From assembly GCA_965205265.1 (NCBI GenBank), contig CBDBGH010000003.1, forward strand, positions 3,616,001 through 3,680,000: a DNA stretch of 64,000 nucleotides. The letters are read 5' to 3'. Shown here one piece after another: positions 50,565 to 60,213 of this stretch; position 1 is the stretch's first letter; each line of letters begins with the position of its first letter. This stretch comes from Alphaproteobacteria bacterium. Lineage in GTDB: Bacteria > Pseudomonadota > Alphaproteobacteria > Bin95. The notes below the pieces were generated by a model. It searched no databases. It was given only the letters and a program-made list of their open reading frames with translations, and was not told the origin of the DNA. The position numbers and the translations under genes were made by a program.

Positions 50565-51869
50565 GTGGATATCGCGGCCCTGCGCGCGGCCGGCGCGCGC
50601 CACCTGATCCAGAGCGAGCTGCTGTCGGACGTGGTGCCGGCCATCGAGGGGCCGGTGTTCGTCCGGGCCGAGGGCGCCGAGATCTTCGATGCGGAAGGCC
50701 GAGCCTTTCTCGACTTCAACTCAGGCCAGATGTGCTCGGCGCTCGGCCACAACAATCCGCGCGTGACCGCCGCCGTGCGCGAGGGCCTCGGCACGCTGAC
50801 CCATGCGAGCTCGGTCTATTTCAACGCGCCGCAGCTTCTCCTCGCCGCGCGCCTGGCGGAGACCTTCGATGCGCCGCTCACCCGCTCGCTCTTCATCCAG
50901 TCCGGCGCCGACTCCAACGAGGCCGCGCTCTTGTTCGCGCGCCGCGCGACCGGGCGCACGGGCATCGGCGCGCTGCATCTGAGCTTCCACGGCTATACGG
51001 ACGTGACGCGCGCGATCAGCTTCGCCGCGGCCACGCAAGGGAACGGGCCGGCGATCCCGGAAGTGTTCGCGATTCCCGCGCCCTATGCCTACCGCTCGCC
51101 CGTGCCCGCCGAGGGCGAGGACTGGTGGCGCCCGCTGCTCGCCATCGCCTTCGACCTGCTCGACCGCGAATGCCCGGACAACCTCGCCGCCGTCATCGCC
51201 GAGCCGCTCATCAGCGCCGGCGGCGTCATCGAAATGCCGCCGGGCTACCTCAGGGCGCTCAAGGCGGGGCTGGAGGAGCGGGGCGCGCTGCTGATCCTCG
51301 ACGAAGCGCAGACCGGGCTCGGCAAGCTCGGCAGCATGTATGCCTACCGGCAGCACGGGGTCGTGCCGGACATCATGACGCTCTCCAAGCATTTCGGCGG
51401 CGGGCTGCCCATCAGCGCCATGGTGACGACCGATGCGATCGCCGAACGCGCGCTGGAAGGCGGGCTCACCTTCGGCCATTCGCACTCCTCCGACCCCATC
51501 GCCTGTACGGCGGGCCTTGCCAGCCTCGACGAAATCCTGGAAGAGGACGTGCCGGCGAAGGCCCGCGCCATCGGCGCCCGCTGGCTGGCCGGCATGGAGA
51601 GCCTCATGCAGCGCTTTGCGATCATCGGGGACCTCCGCGGCAGGGGCTGCCTGCAGGGGGTGGAGCTGGTGCGCGACCGCGCCACGAAGGAGCCGGCGAG
51701 CCGGGAGGCGCAGGACATCTACCGCGACTGCCTCGCCAACGGCCTGCTCTTCTCGGTGCGGGGCCAGCACGGCAATGTGCTCCGCTTCGTGCCGCCCTTC
51801 TGCTCCAGCGGCGAGCAGATCGACCGCGCTATTTCGATCCTGGAGGGTGCGCTCGCCCGCCACGGCTGA
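50565..51869 (+). CDS. class III PLP aminotransferase (2,2-dialkylglycine decarboxylase-like)
   Basis: LDFNSGQM, SFHG, EPLISAGG, DEAQTG, TLSKHFGGG; GTG start inferred. Confidence 0.88.
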   Translation: MDIAALRAAGARHLIQSELLSDVVPAIEGPVFVRAEGAEIFDAEGRAFLDFNSGQMCSALGHNNPRVTAAVREGLGTLTHASSVYFNAPQLLLAARLAETFDAPLTRSLFIQSGADSNEAALLFARRATGRTGIGALHLSFHGYTDVTRAISFAAATQGNGPAIPEVFAIPAPYAYRSPVPAEGEDWWRPLLAIAFDLLDRECPDNLAAVIAEPLISAGGVIEMPPGYLRALKAGLEERGALLILDEAQTGLGKLGSMYAYRQHGVVPDIMTLSKHFGGGLPISAMVTTDAIAERALEGGLTFGHSHSSDPIACTAGLASLDEILEEDVPAKARAIGARWLAGMESLMQRFAIIGDLRGRGCLQGVELVRDRATKEPASREAQDIYRDCLANGLLFSVRGQHGNVLRFVPPFCSSGEQIDRAISILEGALARHG

Positions 51870-51896
51870 AGGGCCGCCCGCGCGGGCTTCTTCGCG

Positions 51897-52643
51897 TCAG
51901 GGCGCGCCGCCGTCCACGCGGATGACGGAGCCGGTGGTGAAGCCGCTCGCGTCGGAAGCGAGGTAGAGGGCGGCGGTGACGATCTCTTCCGGCTCGCCGC
52001 TGCGCTGGAGCGCGGCCTCGGCATTGCGGCGCGTCTCCTCGTCCCAGGCCCTGGAAATGTCGGTGAGGAAGCGCCCCGGCATGATGGCGTTGACGCGCAC
52101 CTTCGGCGCATATTCGCGCGCGAACGCCTCCGTCACCGCGTTCAGCGCCGCCTTGGCGCCGGCATAGGGCGCAAGCTCCGGGCGCGGGCGGATGGCGCCG
52201 GTGCTGGAGATGTTGACCACCGACCCGCCCCGGCTCATCGCCATGGCCGTGCCGAGGATCGCCGTCAGCCGGAACGGCCCCTTGAAGTTGAGCGCGATCA
52301 CCTTGTCGAACAGCTCCTCCGGCGTTTCCAGCGAGGAGGGCGCAAGCGGCGAGGAGCCCGCATTGTTGACCAGCACGTCGATGCCGCCCGCCGCCGCCCA
52401 GGCCCGTTTCGCGAGGTCCTCCAGCGCATCCCAGTCCGAGACGTTGCAGGGCATCGCCCAGGCGCGCCGGCCGAGCGCCTCCACCTCCGCCGCCACGGCC
52501 CGGCAGGACTCCTCGCGGCGCGAGACGATGACGGCATCGGCCCCGCGCCGCGCGAAGGCCAGCACCATCTCGCGCCCGAGCCCGCGGCTGCCGCCGGTGA
52601 CGAGCACGGTCCTGCCGGTGAAGTCGAACAACGGGTCGGTCAT
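51897..52643 (-). CDS. short-chain dehydrogenase/reductase
   Basis: TGGSRGLG, NNAG, YAGAK. Confidence 0.93.
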   Translation of the reverse strand: MTDPLFDFTGRTVLVTGGSRGLGREMVLAFARRGADAVIVSRREESCRAVAAEVEALGRRAWAMPCNVSDWDALEDLAKRAWAAAGGIDVLVNNAGSSPLAPSSLETPEELFDKVIALNFKGPFRLTAILGTAMAMSRGGSVVNISSTGAIRPRPELAPYAGAKAALNAVTEAFAREYAPKVRVNAIMPGRFLTDISRAWDEETRRNAEAALQRSGEPEEIVTAALYLASDASGFTTGSVIRVDGGAP

Positions 52644-52784
52644 GGCTTCTGCTCCGGCCGTTCAACAAAAAGTGATTTTGCCGGACGCGGCGAACGGTCA
52701 AATTACACGCAAGGGGCTGCGCGCAGCAATGCGGCGGCGCCGGGACTACCCTGCTGAAACCCCGACAATCCGAAAGGAAGCAGA

Positions 52785-53078
52785 ATGACGACCTCGACAC
52801 TCAAGGGCCTCGCGGTCGCCAGCGCTGTCGCGGCGGCGCTCGCTATGCAGACCGCCACCCCGGCCGCGGCCGGCGACAAGGAGAAGTGCTACGGCGTCTC
52901 GCTGGCCGGCAAGAACGACTGCGCCGCCGGCCCCGGCACCACCTGCGCCGGAACCTCCACCGTCGATTACCAGGGCAATGCCTGGACGCTCGTGCCCAAG
53001 GGCACCTGCATGACCATGGAGCTGCCGGGAGACCGCAAGGGCTCCCTCGAGGCGCTCGACCGCGACCTTCCGAGCTGA
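52785..53078 (+). CDS. bufA1: bufferin precursor (DUF2282, BufA1-like)
   Basis: Signal peptide, [27 protein letters not shown] (4 Cys). Confidence 0.88.
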   Translation: MTTSTLKGLAVASAVAAALAMQTATPAAAGDKEKCYGVSLAGKNDCAAGPGTTCAGTSTVDYQGNAWTLVPKGTCMTMELPGDRKGSLEALDRDLPS

Positions 53079-53153
53079 GGCCGGCGCCGCCCGCGTCCCG
53101 GATGCCTCCGGGACGCGGCACGCCGGCCCCCGCCTGCCAGAAGAGGACCCGCG

Positions 53154-54011
53154 ATGGACGGCATGGACAGAGGGCGGGGCGGCCTGCCGCCCAGGGCCGG
53201 CGTCGGCTACAAGCCCCGGCACCTGGAAGACATCCTCGCCGCGCCCGGCCCGGTCTCCTGGGTGGAGATCCACGCTGAAAACTACATGGCGGACGGCGGC
53301 CCCGGGATCGCAGGACTCCGGCGGCTCGCGGAACGCTTCCCGGTCTCCTGCCACGGGGTCGGCCTTTCCATCGGCTCCGAAGGCCGGCTCGACGCCGAAC
53401 ATCTGGGCCGCCTGGCGCATCTGGTCTCGTGGCTCCGGCCCGCCAGCGTGTCCGAACATCTCGCCTGGTCCGGCCATGGCGGCGGCTATCTCGCCGACCT
53501 GCTGCCGCTGCCTTGCGACGAGGCGACGCTCGGGCGCGTTTCGGACCATATCGACGAAGTGCAGGAACGCCTCGGCCGCCCCATCCTGCTCGAAAACCCT
53601 TCGAACTATCTCTGCTTCTCCTCCAGCAGCATGGACGAGGTCGAGTTTCTGGGCGCAGTCGCCGCGCGCACCGGCTGCGGCCTCCTGCTCGATGTCAACA
53701 ATGTGCATGTCTCGGCGGTCAACGGAGCCTATGACGCGGAGGCCTATCTGGACGCCTTTCCGCTGGCCCTTGTCGGCGAAATCCATCTCGCCGGCCATAA
53801 AGTCGAGGCGGACGAGGGCGGCGGCCCGCTGCTGATCGACGCGCACAACAACCCCGTCGCCGATCCCGTCTGGGCGCTCTTCGCCCGCGTGCTCGCCCGC
53901 TCGGGGCCGTTGCCGACGCTGATCGAATGGGACAATGACGTGCCCGAATGGCCGGTGCTGGCCGCCGAGGCCGCGCGCGCCGAGGCCATACTGGCGGGCT
54001 GCCATGCCTGA
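53154..54011 (+). CDS. bufB: DUF692 multinuclear non-heme iron oxidase (bufferin maturase)
   Basis: EIHAENY, HGVGLS, SEHLAW, LLENP, LLDVNN, EIHLAGH, IDAH, IEWD. Confidence 0.93.
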   Translation: MDGMDRGRGGLPPRAGVGYKPRHLEDILAAPGPVSWVEIHAENYMADGGPGIAGLRRLAERFPVSCHGVGLSIGSEGRLDAEHLGRLAHLVSWLRPASVSEHLAWSGHGGGYLADLLPLPCDEATLGRVSDHIDEVQERLGRPILLENPSNYLCFSSSSMDEVEFLGAVAARTGCGLLLDVNNVHVSAVNGAYDAEAYLDAFPLALVGEIHLAGHKVEADEGGGPLLIDAHNNPVADPVWALFARVLARSGPLPTLIEWDNDVPEWPVLAAEAARAEAILAGCHA

Positions 54012-54762
54012 GTGGCAGGGCGCGTTCGCGGAGGCGCTGCTCGACCCGGCGAGGCCCCCGCCGCCGGACCTGGTCCGCCCGGACGGGCGGCCGGCGGGAC
54101 GGCGCTTCGACATCTACCGCAACAATGTCGTCGTGGTGCTCGTCGAAGCGCTCGGCGAGGCGTTTCCCGTCGTGCGGGCCCTTGTCGGGGAAGAATTCTT
54201 CGAGGCGATGGCGGGCGTTTATGTGCGCGCCCATCCGCCTTCCTCGCCGCGCATGATGTTCTACGGCGAAGGGTTCGCGCCCTTCCTCGAGAGCTTCCCG
54301 CCGGCGGCCGGCCTGCCCTACCTGTCGGACGTGGCGCGGCTCGAATATGCGCGCCGGCTGGCCTACCACGCGGCCGACGAGCCCGCCGTCGATCCCTCCG
54401 TGCTGGGGGAACTCGATGCGGCGGCGCTCATGGCGGCCCGCCTCTCGCTGCAGGCGGCCTGCCATGTGCTGCGCTCGGCGCATCCGGTCCATGCGATCTG
54501 GCGTTTCAACGCCACGGACGACAAGTCCCCGGTGCGGCCCGCCGCCGAGGACGTGCTGGTGTCGCGGCCGGAGGAGAGCGTGTTCGTGCAGCTTCTGCCG
54601 CCGGGCGGGGCCGCATTCCTGCTGGCGCTCCGGGCGGGCGAGCCGCTGGGCCATGCGGCGGAGCGCGCCGCGGCGGACGCGCCGGCCTTCGATCTCGGCG
54701 CCAACCTCGCCTCGGTCTTTTCCGCGCGCATCGTCAGCGCCATCTCAATTCAACAGGACTAG
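54004..54762 (+). CDS. bufC: DUF2063 partner protein
   Basis: RF.IYRNN, FPVVRALVGEEFF, DVARLE. Confidence 0.9.
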   Translation: MPEWQGAFAEALLDPARPPPPDLVRPDGRPAGRRFDIYRNNVVVVLVEALGEAFPVVRALVGEEFFEAMAGVYVRAHPPSSPRMMFYGEGFAPFLESFPPAAGLPYLSDVARLEYARRLAYHAADEPAVDPSVLGELDAAALMAARLSLQAACHVLRSAHPVHAIWRFNATDDKSPVRPAAEDVLVSRPEESVFVQLLPPGGAAFLLALRAGEPLGHAAERAAADAPAFDLGANLASVFSARIVSAISIQQD

Positions 54763-54777
54763 CCGGGAGACCCCGCG

Positions 54778-55329
54778 ATGAATGCCCTTTACCGCCTCGA
54801 AGACGCGATTCTCGGGCCGTTCGGACGGCTGCTGGACGGCGCCGTCATGGCGGCGCTCGCCCGCCTCGTTTTCCTGGCGACGCTCGCCCCCTTCTTCTGG
54901 TCTTCGGCCATGACCAAGCTGGGAGAGGGGATCGGCGGCATCTTCTCGCCCTCGGCCGGCGCCTATGTGCAGATCCTGCCGGCGCAGATGGAGGCCGCCG
55001 GCTATGACGAGTCGAAGCTCGGCCTCCTCGCGGATCTGGTCGTGCTCGCCGGCATGTGGGCGGAGTTCATCATTCCCGCGCTGATCGTGCTGGGCCTGTT
55101 CACCCGCGCCGCCAGCCTCGCGATGGTCGGCTTCATCCTGGTGATGAGCTTTGTCGATATCGCGGGCCACGGCGCGGACGCCGCCACGATCGGCATGTGG
55201 TTCGACAGAATTCCGGACGCGAAAATCATGGACCAGCGGCTCTTCTGGATCTTTGTGCTGCTCATCTCCATAGCCCGCGGCGCCGGCCCCCTCTCGCTGG
55301 ACGCCCTGCTGAAGCGCGGGAGCGGGTAG
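54778..55329 (+). CDS. DoxX family membrane protein
   Basis: FFWSSAMTK, AEFIIP..IVLGLFTR, GAGPLSLD. Confidence 0.9.
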   Translation: MNALYRLEDAILGPFGRLLDGAVMAALARLVFLATLAPFFWSSAMTKLGEGIGGIFSPSAGAYVQILPAQMEAAGYDESKLGLLADLVVLAGMWAEFIIPALIVLGLFTRAASLAMVGFILVMSFVDIAGHGADAATIGMWFDRIPDAKIMDQRLFWIFVLLISIARGAGPLSLDALLKRGSG

Positions 55330-55359
55330 GCCCATTCCTCGTTGGCTGCGGTTGCCGGT

Positions 55360-55392
55360 AATTCAGACCGGTCGTATAATCCGGTCTGAATT
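55360..55392. promoter_or_regulatory. TA operator: 12-bp inverted repeat flanking a TATAAT box
   Basis: AATTCAGACCGG-TCGTATAAT-CCGGTCTGAATT directly upstream of the antitoxin gene. Confidence 0.75.
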
Positions 55393-55407
55393 GCGGGAGT
55401 GGTCCTT

Positions 55408-55650
55408 ATGGAGAGAATTGGCTCTTACGAAGCCAAGACGCATCCGTCGGCGCTGCTCAACCGGGTCGCGCAGGGCGAAAGCCTTACCGTCACGCGGCAC
55501 GGCAAGCCGGTAGCGAGGCCGGGTCCCGTTGCCGGCGACCGCGACCGCGCCCGGGAGGCGGCCGCGCGTATCGCCGAACGCCGCCGCCACCTGAAGCTCG
55601 CGCCTGTGTCGGAGTTGATGGAGACGATCCATGAGGGGCACCGCTATTGA
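55408..55650 (+). CDS. Phd/YefM family antitoxin
   Basis: IGSYEAKTH.SALL.RV..GE...VTRHGKPVAR. Confidence 0.85.
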   Translation: MERIGSYEAKTHPSALLNRVAQGESLTVTRHGKPVARPGPVAGDRDRAREAAARIAERRRHLKLAPVSELMETIHEGHRY

Positions 55651-55766
55651 TGCCCATCGTCATCGACTGCTCCCTGCTTCCGGCCTGGAGCCTGGCTGAG
55701 GAGGAAGAAGAGGCAGCAACCGAAGCCATTCGCAGAACAGCGGCGCGCCGGCATGATGGAACCTGA
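55650..55766 (+). pseudogene. truncated VapC/PIN toxin
   Basis: TGATG-coupled MPIVIDCS..PAW..EE, stops after 38 residues. Confidence 0.65.
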
Positions 55767-55998
55767 TGAGATAACAGCCTTGGCGACGGTCGGTTTGATG
55801 CTGGCGACCTTCGTCACATGCTTCCTGATCTGGCGGGGGATCAAGGCGATGGATCGCTCGTCGGCCGAGCGGGCGAAGGATCGCCGCGAAGCCCGCGAAG
55901 CGGACCTTCGCCGCCATGACGAAGCGATGGCGGCTCTGCGGGCGTTGATCGAGCGCACGGCGCCGGCGCCTGCAGAGCGCGCGGGCGAGGCTGACTAG
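55753..55998 (+). CDS. small protein, one TM helix plus coiled coil
   Basis: Hydrophobic N-terminus, charged helical C-terminus. Confidence 0.55.
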   Translation: MMEPDEITALATVGLMLATFVTCFLIWRGIKAMDRSSAERAKDRREAREADLRRHDEAMAALRALIERTAPAPAERAGEAD

Positions 55999-56003
55999 GT
56001 GTC

Positions 56004-56267
56004 GTGACGAAGCGTCTGCGGATTTCCGGCCAGTCGCAGACGCAGCAGCTTGCGGAGGCGCTTCGCGCCATGCACCGGCGCGCGGACGGCGGCGGCAAGT
56101 CAGAAGCCGTCATCCTGTTCGGGATTGTCTACAGCGCCGAGATCGAGGCTTGCGGCGAGAGCAAGGCGCAGCTTGTGAAGCGCGCCGGCATCGGCCCGAG
56201 CTATGTCACGAATATCGGTAGAGGCATGAACTTGGCGCGTGCCGGCGTCCGCGCGCCCGAATGCTGA
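56004..56267 (+). CDS. small HTH-like hypothetical protein
   Basis: LFGI.Y..EI......L...AGI..SY.T.I..G.NLA pattern. Confidence 0.55.
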   Translation: MTKRLRISGQSQTQQLAEALRAMHRRADGGGKSEAVILFGIVYSAEIEACGESKAQLVKRAGIGPSYVTNIGRGMNLARAGVRAPEC

Positions 56268-56654
56268 AATGCGCCCGGCGCAAAGGCGGCCCGGCTCAAA
56301 GGCGAGCCCGGCTCAATCCCGTCCAAAGCCGCGCGGAAGCTCCACATCAAGCTCGTCCAAGTCGAGTTCACACACGGCATCCAAGAGTTCGGCGGTCGGG
56401 CTTTCGGCGAGGCTCTCCGGGAGGCTGTCGCGCCAATCGCGATATTCGGCTTGCAGAGTCTGGAGAGTCTCGACGGCATCGGCCCGTCGCTGGAGCCGCG
56501 AGCGCTGGTCGGCCGGGGCGGTGGAGGCGGAGGGCGTGGCCCTGATCGGTCTTTCCGGCGAGGGGCGGTAACGGTCCGGGTCGCTTGACGAATTTACCGC
56601 GCGGGCCGGGCCGGGTTATCCTCGCGCCGAGGCATCGCCGGCAGGGAGGGCACG

Positions 56655-56948
56655 ATGGCGAAGGGTTACTGGGTGAGCTGCTACCGGTCGATCGCGAATC
56701 CCGACGCGCTGGCCGCCTATGCGAAGCTCGCGGGACCGGCGATAGAGGCCGGCGGCGGCAGGTTCCTCGCGCGCGGCGGGCGCGTGCAGGCCTATGAGGC
56801 GGGCGTCGCGGAGCGCACCGTGGTCGTCGAGTTCCCGAGCTTCGAGCAGGCCGTGGCGACCCATGACGGCGAGGCCTACCGGGCGGCTGCCGCAAAGCTC
56901 GAAGGCGCGGTCGAGCGCGACCTCAGGGTGGTCGAAGGCGTCGATTGA
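56655..56948 (+). CDS. DUF1330 family protein
   Basis: AY...AGPAI...GGRFLARGG, RTVVVEFPS..A. Confidence 0.9.
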   Translation: MAKGYWVSCYRSIANPDALAAYAKLAGPAIEAGGGRFLARGGRVQAYEAGVAERTVVVEFPSFEQAVATHDGEAYRAAAAKLEGAVERDLRVVEGVD

Positions 56949-57028
56949 CGCCGCGCCGGACGCGGTGACGGGCCGGGCCTGCAATGATAGTCTGGCCGCG
57001 AAACGGCGAACCGAGGAGGACCCGAATC

Positions 57029-57346
57029 ATGGCGGTAACCGCGATCGTCCGCATCCCGCTCTCTGCCGGCATGACGCGCGAGGCGGCGAGGGCCGCGTTC
57101 GAAGCATCCGCCCCGCGCTACCGCAGCGTCCGGGGGCTGGTGCGGAAATACTATCTCTTCTCCGAAGAATCGCGGACGGGCGGCGGCGTCTATCTGTTCG
57201 ACTCGCGGGAGGACGCCGAGCGGCTCTATGACGACGCCTGGAAGGCCAATATCCGCGAGCGCTACGGCGCCGAGCCGTCGATAGAGATCTTCGAGTCGCC
57301 GGTGATCGTGGACAACGACGCAGGCGCCATCTCCACCGCAGCCTGA
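57029..57346 (+). CDS. YdhR family putative monooxygenase
   Basis: GLVRKYYL...GGGVYLF.SRE.A; RBS GAGGAGG. Confidence 0.8.
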   Translation: MAVTAIVRIPLSAGMTREAARAAFEASAPRYRSVRGLVRKYYLFSEESRTGGGVYLFDSREDAERLYDDAWKANIRERYGAEPSIEIFESPVIVDNDAGAISTAA

Positions 57347-57524
57347 CCCTTATCCCCGGCGACCGGCTCCTTCCGCAAAGGGAACCTCTCTCCGGGAGAG
57401 CCTGTTCGCGGACGCATCGAGGTCGGCGCCGCGAGGCATGTTCTCGACCAGCCACCGGCCCATGGGCGGGCGGGGCTGCGTCTTCGCATACCACTCGGCC
57501 GCGGGCACGACTACGAAGGCCCGT

Positions 57525-59440
57525 CCTGACTTCGACGGTTGGGCTGACTTCTGACCGATCTCGCGTCTGGAGTTTTCAGTAAAGCCAATGAGTTGGCAGT
57601 TGCGGTGCGGTCAAGCTGCGTTGTAGTGCCTAGTAAATCTTTGAGACTGTCAATGCCTCCGCCACGCGCTACACTCCCCCCATGTTCGTGCGCATCAAGA
57701 CCTCCCCCAACAGCCCGCGACGCTCGGTCCAGATCGTCGAGGCCGTGCGCGACGGCGGCAAGGTCCGACAGCGCATCGTCCGCCATGTCGGCGTGGCCAT
57801 GGACGAGGACGAGCTCGAGCGCCTGAGGCAGCTCGGCGAGTACGTCAAGGCGAAGCTGGAGGACGAGCGTCAGCCGGCATTGTTTGCGCCCGAGAAGATC
57901 GCTGAGCAGGCGATCCGTGTCGGCCGCCGGGGGGACGGCAAGGAGGAACTCCCGGTCGACCTCAAGCAGCTTGAAGAGGAGCAGCGCCTGATCACAGGCA
58001 TCCACGAGGTCTATGGCGAGATCTACCGGCTGCTGGGCCTCGACGCGCTGCTGCCGCGCTCGCGCTACCGGGCCTCCCATGACGCGCTGTTCCATGTGGT
58101 GATGGCGCGGGTAGCCAACCCCGACAGCAAGCGGGGCAGCGTGCGCCGGCTCGAGGAGGACTTCGGCGTGAGTCTTCCGCTCGAGAAGGTCTACCGGATG
58201 ATGGATCAGCTCGACGCGACGGTGATCGAGCGACTGCGCACGCGCGTCGGCGAGGCGAGCCGGTCGCTGCTGCCGGAGCCGGTCGCGATCCTCTTCTTCG
58301 ATTGCACCACGCTCTACTTCGAGACGGCCGCCGAGGACGAGCTTCGCCAGCACGGCTTCAGCAAGGACGGCAAACACAAGGACTCGCAGGTTCTGCTGGC
58401 GCTGATGGTGACGCGCGAAGGGCTGCCGATCAGCTACGAGGTCTTCCCCGGCGCCACCTACGAGGGACACAGCATGGTCCCGGTCCTGCAGGACATGCAG
58501 CGCCGCCACCAGGTGGAGCGCACGGTATGCGTGGCCGACCGGGGCATGCTGAGCGCCGACAACCTCGACGCCATGGACGCCATCGGCGGCGAGTATGTCG
58601 TCGGCGCGCGGCTGCGCAAGCTGCCGCTCGCGCTGCTGGGGCAGGTTCTCGACCCCGGGACCTATGCCCCGCTGGAGGGCTCACAGGACCGCCGGGTCGG
58701 CGAGTGGGAGTACAAGGGCCGTCGCCTGATCGTCGTCTTCTGCCCCCAGCGCGCACGCAAGGACGCGCACGAGCGCCGCCATCAGGTGGAACGCCTGCTC
58801 GACAGGCTGGCCCGCAGCGACAATCCCAGGGAACTGCTCTCCAATCACGGGGCGAAGCGCTTCATCGCCGTCGAGGGCGACGCACGGCTCACGGTGAACC
58901 CGGAGAAGATCGCCGAGGCCGCACGATGGGACGGGCTCACCGGCGTCATCACCAATCTGCGCGACGCGCGCGTCACCGAAGTGATGGCTCACTACCAGGG
59001 GCTCTGGCAGGTCGAGGAGAGCTTCCGGATCACCAAACACGACCTGAAGATACGTCCCATCTGGCACTGGAACCCGGACCGGATCCGCGCTCACATCGCC
59101 ATCGCCTTCCTGGCCTTCGCCTGCGTTCGACACCTTGCGTACCGCGTCGCCATCCAGAAGCGGCGGATGTCCCCGGAGGTCATCCGCTCCGCCCTCGTCC
59201 ACCGCCAGTGCTCCCTGCTGCGCTGTCGGCAATCGGGCAACCGCTACGTCATCCCCTCGAAGCCGACACCGGCGGCGGAGCAGATTTACGCAACCATGGG
59301 GCTGCCCCTGACGATCACCCCGTATCAACTCGCCTGACCGTCGACGAAGCACGGCTCGAAGAAATGCCGGATGTAGTGCCTAGCCGAAATGAGAACCAGG
59401 CAATATCAACTACTTATGCGAATCAACCGTCGAAGTCAGG
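57525..59440 (+). mobile_element. IS1634-family insertion sequence
   Basis: Perfect 17-bp IR CCTGACTTCGACGGTTG; AGGCCCGT duplicated at 57517-57524 and 59441-59448. Confidence 0.93.
57682..59337 (+). CDS. IS1634-family DDE transposase
   Basis: FFDCTTLYFE, GFSKDG, VADRGM, YQGLWQVEESFR..K.DL..RPI.H. Confidence 0.93.
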   Translation: MFVRIKTSPNSPRRSVQIVEAVRDGGKVRQRIVRHVGVAMDEDELERLRQLGEYVKAKLEDERQPALFAPEKIAEQAIRVGRRGDGKEELPVDLKQLEEEQRLITGIHEVYGEIYRLLGLDALLPRSRYRASHDALFHVVMARVANPDSKRGSVRRLEEDFGVSLPLEKVYRMMDQLDATVIERLRTRVGEASRSLLPEPVAILFFDCTTLYFETAAEDELRQHGFSKDGKHKDSQVLLALMVTREGLPISYEVFPGATYEGHSMVPVLQDMQRRHQVERTVCVADRGMLSADNLDAMDAIGGEYVVGARLRKLPLALLGQVLDPGTYAPLEGSQDRRVGEWEYKGRRLIVVFCPQRARKDAHERRHQVERLLDRLARSDNPRELLSNHGAKRFIAVEGDARLTVNPEKIAEAARWDGLTGVITNLRDARVTEVMAHYQGLWQVEESFRITKHDLKIRPIWHWNPDRIRAHIAIAFLAFACVRHLAYRVAIQKRRMSPEVIRSALVHRQCSLLRCRQSGNRYVIPSKPTPAAEQIYATMGLPLTITPYQLA

Positions 59441-59584
59441 AGGCCCGTCTCCTGCCGATTTGCTGTGGCCCCTCCTCTTCGGCCCGGCGCAGCACTTCGG
59501 AGAGGCGCGACCTGGCCTCGGCGACGGTCCAGACCCGACGGGCTTCCGGGTGTTGGCGAGTCATGGCATCCCCTCTCCTTCTCC

Positions 59585-60202
59585 CTACCGGTCGCCGTAA
59601 TGGCGGCGCCAGATGGGGCCGACGACCGGGTGGGCGCGGACCGCGTCCCCGATCCGGGCGAGGCGCGGCGGCTTCGTATCGCCGCGATACCAGACGAGGA
59701 ACATGGCGAGGTAGATGTCCGCCACCGTCATCTCCCCGCCCAGCAGGAAGGGCCCCTCGACATGCGCGTCGATGACGGCCAGCGCCTCGCCCATGCGGCG
59801 GATGGCGGCGGTCCGGACGGCGTCGTGTCCTTCGGCATCGTCGGTGAAGCGGAACGGGTAGCCCCGCCTGAGCACCGCTTCGTAAAGGTTCACATTGGCG
59901 AAGACGGTCCAGCGCAGGAAGGCGGCGTGCGCTGGCGTGCCGGGCGGCGGCGCCAGGCGCTTCTCCGGGAAGCAGAGCGCGAGATGGACCAGGATCGCCG
60001 AGGTTTCCGTCATGACCGAGCCGTCCGGCAGGATCAGGGTCGGCAGCTGGCCCCAGGGATTGGTTGCTCGAAAACTCTCGGGCAAGGGCGTCCCGGCCTT
60101 CGAGTCCAGTTCGATGAGCTCGAACGGCGCCTCCGCCAGGGCGAGCGCCGCCTCGACGACGAAACCGCCCGAGCCCGGCCGGTTGTAGAGCGTGTAGCCC
60201 AC
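59585..60202 (-). CDS. glutathione S-transferase family protein
   Basis: NPWGQLPTL.LPDG.VMTETSAI, FLLG...TVADIYL; GTG start with AGGAGG RBS. Confidence 0.88.
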   Translation of the reverse strand: MGYTLYNRPGSGGFVVEAALALAEAPFELIELDSKAGTPLPESFRATNPWGQLPTLILPDGSVMTETSAILVHLALCFPEKRLAPPPGTPAHAAFLRWTVFANVNLYEAVLRRGYPFRFTDDAEGHDAVRTAAIRRMGEALAVIDAHVEGPFLLGGEMTVADIYLAMFLVWYRGDTKPPRLARIGDAVRAHPVVGPIWRRHYGDR

Positions 60203-60213
60203 GGATCCCTCCT

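Larger units (their letters stand above)
57350..59564 (-). pseudogene. Phd-like antitoxin interrupted by IS1634
   Basis: Removing the IS and one TSD restores MTRQ..WTVAEARSRLSEVLRRAEEEGPQQIGRRRAFVVVPAAEW...GRWLVENMPRG...*. Confidence 0.85.
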
